A stretch of DNA of 64,000 bases. Source: an uncultured Pseudomonadota bacterium. GTDB lineage: Bacteria > Myxococcota_A > Polyangia > Fen-1088. The first letter of the stretch is position 1. Each line of letters begins with the position of its first letter. A model generated the notes under the pieces. The model made no database searches. It was not told the origin of the DNA and saw nothing but the letters and a program-made list of their open reading frames with translations. Shown one piece after another: positions 62,121 to 64,000 of this stretch. Location: NCBI GenBank assembly GCA_963847705.1, contig CAWKBC010000029.1:256001-320000 (forward strand). Direction: 5' to 3'. A program made the position numbers and the translations under genes.

Positions 62121-63353
62121 TTATAGAGGACCGAGCGGCGCGGGCAAGTTCCCCGCCGGTTTGGGCACCGAGATTTTTCGCCAGCCGTGCCAGTACTTCA
62201 GCCGCAGCTGGGCCATCGCAGCCATGGCCGCCGTCATCGAGACCAGGCCGACGGTCGCCCCTGCCATGCTCAGCCGGTTGTGCAGCCGCCCGAGCAAGAG
62301 GCCGTAGACGAGCTCGACGTGGACCCAGTAGACGAGCAGCGACGTCTGCCCGAAGAGGCGCATCAGCGAGAACCAGTGGCGCGGAAAGATCTTGGTCACC
62401 GTGTAGGCGAGCAGCGCGAGCGGACCGATCTGGCCCAGGCGGTAGAAGAAGGTCCCCGGCCCCATCTGCTGCACCAGGTCCGACGGATAGCGGATGATGT
62501 ACGGGTTGTGGGCGCGGACCATCCCCACGACGCGCATCAGGAGAAACCCGGCCGCGCCGGTGATGACGAAGGCCAGCGCCTGCTTGCGCGCGTCACCGCT
62601 CGACCGCACCCAGTAGTGCCCCACGAGGACGCCCACCAGCGGCCAGGCCAGCGACGGGAACAGCGGGAACCAGGCCATCGGACGCTGGCCACCGAGGTAC
62701 GAGGTCAGCGGCCGCGGCAGGTAAGACGGAAAGTGCATCGGGCCGATGATCGGTCCGAGGGCGATGACCGCCGCCGCCGCCAGCGCGGTGGCGAGGATCG
62801 CCGGCCGGCCGCGCCAGGGTGCGGTGACGAACGCCGCCACCACCATCGACGCGCCGATGCAGTTGAGGATGTCGACGCGGAAGAGATCGTGCCAGTCCCA
62901 GAAGCCGCCGAGCACGTACTCCTGCAGCCGAAACAGGTAACCGAGCGCGATCACCTCGAGGCCGCGCCTGGCCGCCGTGCGCACCATGGTCGCGCGATCG
63001 ACCTTGGCGGCCAGCTGGCTCTCGAAGCGGATCGCCATGGAAACGCCGACCAGCAGCAGGAAGAGGCGCGAGGGGATCCCGCCGATGAAGCGCGTCCAGC
63101 CATAAGCCACCGTGGCCTTCGCCGCCTTGTTGCACCAGGAGTCGTAGAGGTGGGTCTGGATCATCAGGAGGACGGCCAGGCCACGCAGCCAGTCGACCGC
63201 GTCGATGCGCTGGCGTTTGCTTCGCGCGGGCGCGGAGACGGAGGCCTGGCCCGACCCTGGTTGAGCCTGAACCAGGCCATCGCGGGGGGGCGCGGGAGCC
63301 CTTGCGGAGACCCCGAGGCTGGACGAATCTGCCGTGTCCAAATCCGCCCTCAA
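62121..63353 (-). CDS. Membrane acyltransferase (HGSNAT/DUF1624-like)
   Basis: RIDAVDWLRGLAVLLMIQTH, DILNCIG, WFPLFP, SLLVYWVH. Start uncertain. Confidence 0.8.
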   Translation of the reverse strand: MRADLDTADSSSLGVSARAPAPPRDGLVQAQPGSGQASVSAPARSKRQRIDAVDWLRGLAVLLMIQTHLYDSWCNKAAKATVAYGWTRFIGGIPSRLFLLLVGVSMAIRFESQLAAKVDRATMVRTAARRGLEVIALGYLFRLQEYVLGGFWDWHDLFRVDILNCIGASMVVAAFVTAPWRGRPAILATALAAAAVIALGPIIGPMHFPSYLPRPLTSYLGGQRPMAWFPLFPSLAWPLVGVLVGHYWVRSSGDARKQALAFVITGAAGFLLMRVVGMVRAHNPYIIRYPSDLVQQMGPGTFFYRLGQIGPLALLAYTVTKIFPRHWFSLMRLFGQTSLLVYWVHVELVYGLLLGRLHNRLSMAGATVGLVSMTAAMAAMAQLRLKYWHGWRKISVPKPAGNLPAPLGPL

Positions 63354-63397
63354 TTCCTGCCGGAGGCAGTGGCGTTGTCAACGTCTTTCCGCGCGCG

Positions 63398-63426
63398 TTG
63401 ACATTGCGGGGAGGCGGGACTATAAA
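63398..63426 (+). promoter_or_regulatory. Sigma70-type promoter of rplC
   Basis: TTGACA (63398-63403), 17 bp spacer, TATAAA (63421-63426). Confidence 0.85.
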
Positions 63427-63438
63427 CCGCCGCTCGCC

Positions 63439-64000
63439 ATGTCTCTCAAGATGGGCCTTTTGGGCCGTAAGATCGGAATGACCCAGGCATTTCACGACGA
63501 CGGGTCCGCCTTGGGCGTCACCGTCGTCTCCGTCGGCCCCTGTGTGGTCGTCGGCAAGCGTACGGTCGAGAAGCACGGCTACTCGGCGGTCCAGCTCGGC
63601 TTCGAGGAGGTGGCGGTGAACCCGCGCACCCAGCTGCCGCGCATGGCCGCACCCGAGCGCGGCTACTTCAAGAAGGCCGCCATCGACAAGCCCCTGCGCC
63701 ACCTGCGCGAGGTGCGCCTCGAGCCGAAGGAGCTGGAGAAGTACGAGGTCGGCAAGGTCATTCGCGCCTCCGAGGTGTTCAAGGCGGGCGACGTCATCGA
63801 CGTGGTCGGCACCACCAAGGGCAAGGGCTACCAGGGCGTCATGAAGAGGCACCGCATGGCGGGCGACTCGGCGACCCACGGAACCCACGAGTTCTTCCGG
63901 CACGGTGGCTCGATTGGCTGCCGCCTCACCCCCGGCCGCGTCCACAAGGGCAAGCGGATGTCGGGGCTCATGGGGAACGTCAAGAACACCGCCGCCGACC
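63439..64000 (+). CDS. rplC: 50S ribosomal protein L3 (3' end runs off the window)
   Basis: Manual translation: MSLKMGLLGRKIGMTQAF...GYSAVQLGF...DVVGTTKGKGYQGVMKRH...GSIG...PGRVHKGKRMSG. Confidence 0.97.
   Translation, partial: MSLKMGLLGRKIGMTQAFHDDGSALGVTVVSVGPCVVVGKRTVEKHGYSAVQLGFEEVAVNPRTQLPRMAAPERGYFKKAAIDKPLRHLREVRLEPKELEKYEVGKVIRASEVFKAGDVIDVVGTTKGKGYQGVMKRHRMAGDSATHGTHEFFRHGGSIGCRLTPGRVHKGKRMSGLMGNVKNTAAD

Overview
High-GC chromosomal window, most likely from a Myxococcota (Polyangia-like) bacterium; this is inferred from Cys-rich lipoproteins, a GAF-Ser/Thr kinase, an SctV-like gene and the alternative complex III layout. It holds a complete alternative complex III operon (actABCDEF, a small membrane subunit and SCO). 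Housekeeping genes include ahpC, htpX, mutL-miaA-HIT-mutM, accA, galE, ptsP, rpoZ, thyX and the start of rplC, plus futalosine-pathway candidates, two desaturases, several glycosyltransferases and two-component genes. I saw no tRNA, rRNA, CRISPR array or transposase. The best candidates for something undescribed are: (1) a coupled lipoprotein / outer-membrane barrel / type-1-copper cupredoxin operon; (2) a FleN/MinD-PilZ fusion divergent from a stand-alone FleQ-type HTH; (3) a solitary, internally shortened SctV; (4) an NhaR-type regulator with a duplicated operator ahead of small proteins and a GT4-GH130 pair; (5) TANNNT boxes 5-7 nt before about ten start codons, suggesting leaderless mRNAs; (6) a REP-like palindrome family with one copy apparently translated in MiaA; (7) tandem repeats that duplicate stop codons. 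All calls come from reading motifs by eye; no database search was run.
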